A DNA stretch of 64,000 nucleotides from an uncultured Actinomycetota bacterium (GTDB lineage: Bacteria; Actinomycetota; Actinomycetes; JBEVHX01): NCBI GenBank assembly GCA_963836025.1, contig CAWIIE010000015.1:99676-163675 (forward strand). The letters are read 5' to 3'. Of this stretch, positions 62,421 through 64,000 are shown one piece after another. Positions within the stretch are counted from its first letter, which is position 1. Every line of letters starts with the position of its first letter. Made by a program: the position numbers and the translations under genes. A model generated the notes under the pieces. That model was not told the origin of the DNA. It did no database searches and saw nothing but the letters and a program-made list of their open reading frames with translations.

Positions 62421-63590
62421 GTGAGCCCAAGGCGCGCCGGCCACGACGTCATCGTCCTTGGGCTCGGTTCCATGGGGTCGGCCGCGGCGCACCAGCTCGC
62501 ATCTCGCGGCCTCAGCGTCCTCGGCCTGGAGCGGTTCTGGCCCGCGCACGACCAGGGCTCCGGGCACGGCGAGACCCGGATCGTGCGGCAGTCCTATTTC
62601 GAGGGCCTGGGCTACGTGCCGCTGCTGCGCCGCGCGTACGAGGGGTGGCACGCGCTGGAGGAGATGAGCGGAAGGTCTCTGCTGACGCTGTGCGGTGGCA
62701 TTTACATCGGCGACGTGGATTCCAAAGTCTTCTCCGGCGCGCTCCGCTCGGCGAAGGAGCACGGGCTAGCGCACGAGGAACTGGACGCGGCACAGATTCG
62801 CGAGCGGTTCCCGGCGATGGGTCCGGCCGACTACGCGCTCGGCCTATACGAGGAGAACGCGGGTTACGTCCGCCCCGAACAGACGATCCTCGCGAATCTC
62901 GACGTCGCCAGACGGCATGGCGCCGACCTGCGCTTCAGCGAGCCCGTGTGGACATGGCGCACGACCCCGGGCGGCGGCATCGAGGTCGTGACCGACCACG
63001 GCACGTACGGCGCCGACCGTCTCGTCATCACACCCGGCGCGTGGGCGCCGGAGGTCCTAGCCGAGTACGGCTTCTCTCTCCGGCCTGAGCGACAAGTCGT
63101 CTATTGGTTCGGCCCGGACTTCTCGGCCGTGCCGTATGAGCATTGGACCGAGTTGCCGGTATACATCGAGGAGACCGACCACAACCGCGAAATCTACGGC
63201 TTCCCAATGGTTGACGGGCCCGACGGTGGGCTGAAGCTGGCGATCTTCAACACCCACGTCCTCGCCGACCCGAACGAGGTCGACCGGACCGTCCACCAAC
63301 AGGAAACCGACGAAACCCGGGCGCGGGCACGGCAGCTCTTCCCGCACCTGACGGGCCCGCTTGTCAAGGCGATGACCTGCCTCTACACGACCACGCCGGA
63401 CCGCGACTTCGTCATCGGGACGCTGCCCGATCGGCCCCAAGTCGCCGTCGCCTCGGCGTGCTCGGGACACGGGTTCAAGTTCGTCCCGGTCGTGGGGGAG
63501 ATTCTCGCTGACCTCGCCACCACGGGGACGACCCCGCACGACATCACTCTCTTCGACCTCCAGCGGTCGGGGCTGCGCCTCCCTGAGTAG
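62421..63590 (+). CDS. solA: N-methyl-L-tryptophan / monomeric sarcosine oxidase family
   Basis: GLGSMG, GSGHGETRI, CLYT (FAD-linked Cys) and CSGHGFKF. Confidence 0.92.
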   Translation: MSPRRAGHDVIVLGLGSMGSAAAHQLASRGLSVLGLERFWPAHDQGSGHGETRIVRQSYFEGLGYVPLLRRAYEGWHALEEMSGRSLLTLCGGIYIGDVDSKVFSGALRSAKEHGLAHEELDAAQIRERFPAMGPADYALGLYEENAGYVRPEQTILANLDVARRHGADLRFSEPVWTWRTTPGGGIEVVTDHGTYGADRLVITPGAWAPEVLAEYGFSLRPERQVVYWFGPDFSAVPYEHWTELPVYIEETDHNREIYGFPMVDGPDGGLKLAIFNTHVLADPNEVDRTVHQQETDETRARARQLFPHLTGPLVKAMTCLYTTTPDRDFVIGTLPDRPQVAVASACSGHGFKFVPVVGEILADLATTGTTPHDITLFDLQRSGLRLPE

Positions 63591-63865
63591 GCCGCGCCGA
63601 GGCCGCTGAATCTTCACGCATTGCTCAATGTCATCGAGGACCGTGTTGACACGGGCTCGACCGATTTCTGGTGCAACTCCTTCTCGCCCTGTTGTCGCGG
63701 CGATGCGCGACGCCAACCGCGACGGGATGACCCGCACACGGTCCTGGACACTGCCGTTCCCCATCCGCCATTGCGCCCTACCACGTCCTCGACCACGCCT
63801 GGGAGATGGCAGACAAGGACCTCACCGGCGAGGAAACCGACTGACGATGCGCGCGCCGAGACCTC

Positions 63866-64000
63866 CTAGGCCGTCGCCGCCTGGGCGGCGGGTAGCGCGC
63901 CTGGCTCCTCATTGCGCAGCCGGAACCCGATCCTGATCAGCCCGGCACTGAACAGAACGGCGCCGACCAGGAAGCCGACAGCGTTGGCCCGAGGGTGACT
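63866..64000 (-). CDS. 3' end of a membrane protein entering from the window edge
   Basis: Open frame ANAVGFLVGAVLFSAGLIRIGFRLR...AATA*. Confidence 0.4.
   Translation of the reverse strand, partial: SHPRANAVGFLVGAVLFSAGLIRIGFRLRNEEPGALPAAQAATA

Noticed and set aside
52200-64000. Integron cassette array
   Set aside because: Genes are in mixed orientation, I saw no recurring attC-like site, and there is no intI.

Overview
High-GC actinobacterial-type DNA that reads as accessory, island-like sequence. Many intact-looking genes carry single-base frameshifts, probably from sequencing or assembly errors. The left half (1-30 kb) holds three units. One is an aromatic ring-cleavage operon (VOC dioxygenase, FAH hydrolase, acyl-CoA synthetase, DoxX, MhpA-like monooxygenase). 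The second is a dispersed polyhydroxyalkanoate (PHA) locus: class II-like phaC, phaB, two intact phaZ-like hydrolases plus a decayed one, and an acyl-CoA dehydrogenase. The third is an IclR-associated operon (cupin dioxygenase, CoA-transferase, two MaoC proteins, AtuA). The most striking unannotated structure is a recurrent 14-bp palindrome, TGA(C/G/T)GA-WW-TC(G/A)TCA. It occurs at five clear promoter regions and one weaker one, and four of these lie beside an intact or decayed paralog of one TetR. This putative regulon also includes an Ala-rich phasin-like protein and a 30-aa micro-ORF absent from the ORF track (18120-18212), which has its own promoter, operator, RBS and hairpin. The right half (30-64 kb) is a mosaic of small stress and detoxification modules and gene remnants. 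It contains two tRNA-Thr(CGT)-derived att-like sites 20.2 kb apart, a complete IS256 with a 9-bp target duplication, and IS110, IS21 and integrase fragments. It also has two pairs of diverged direct repeats, an intact rifampin ADP-ribosyltransferase (arr) and an rph-like remnant. All family assignments come from reading motifs by eye; no database search was run.
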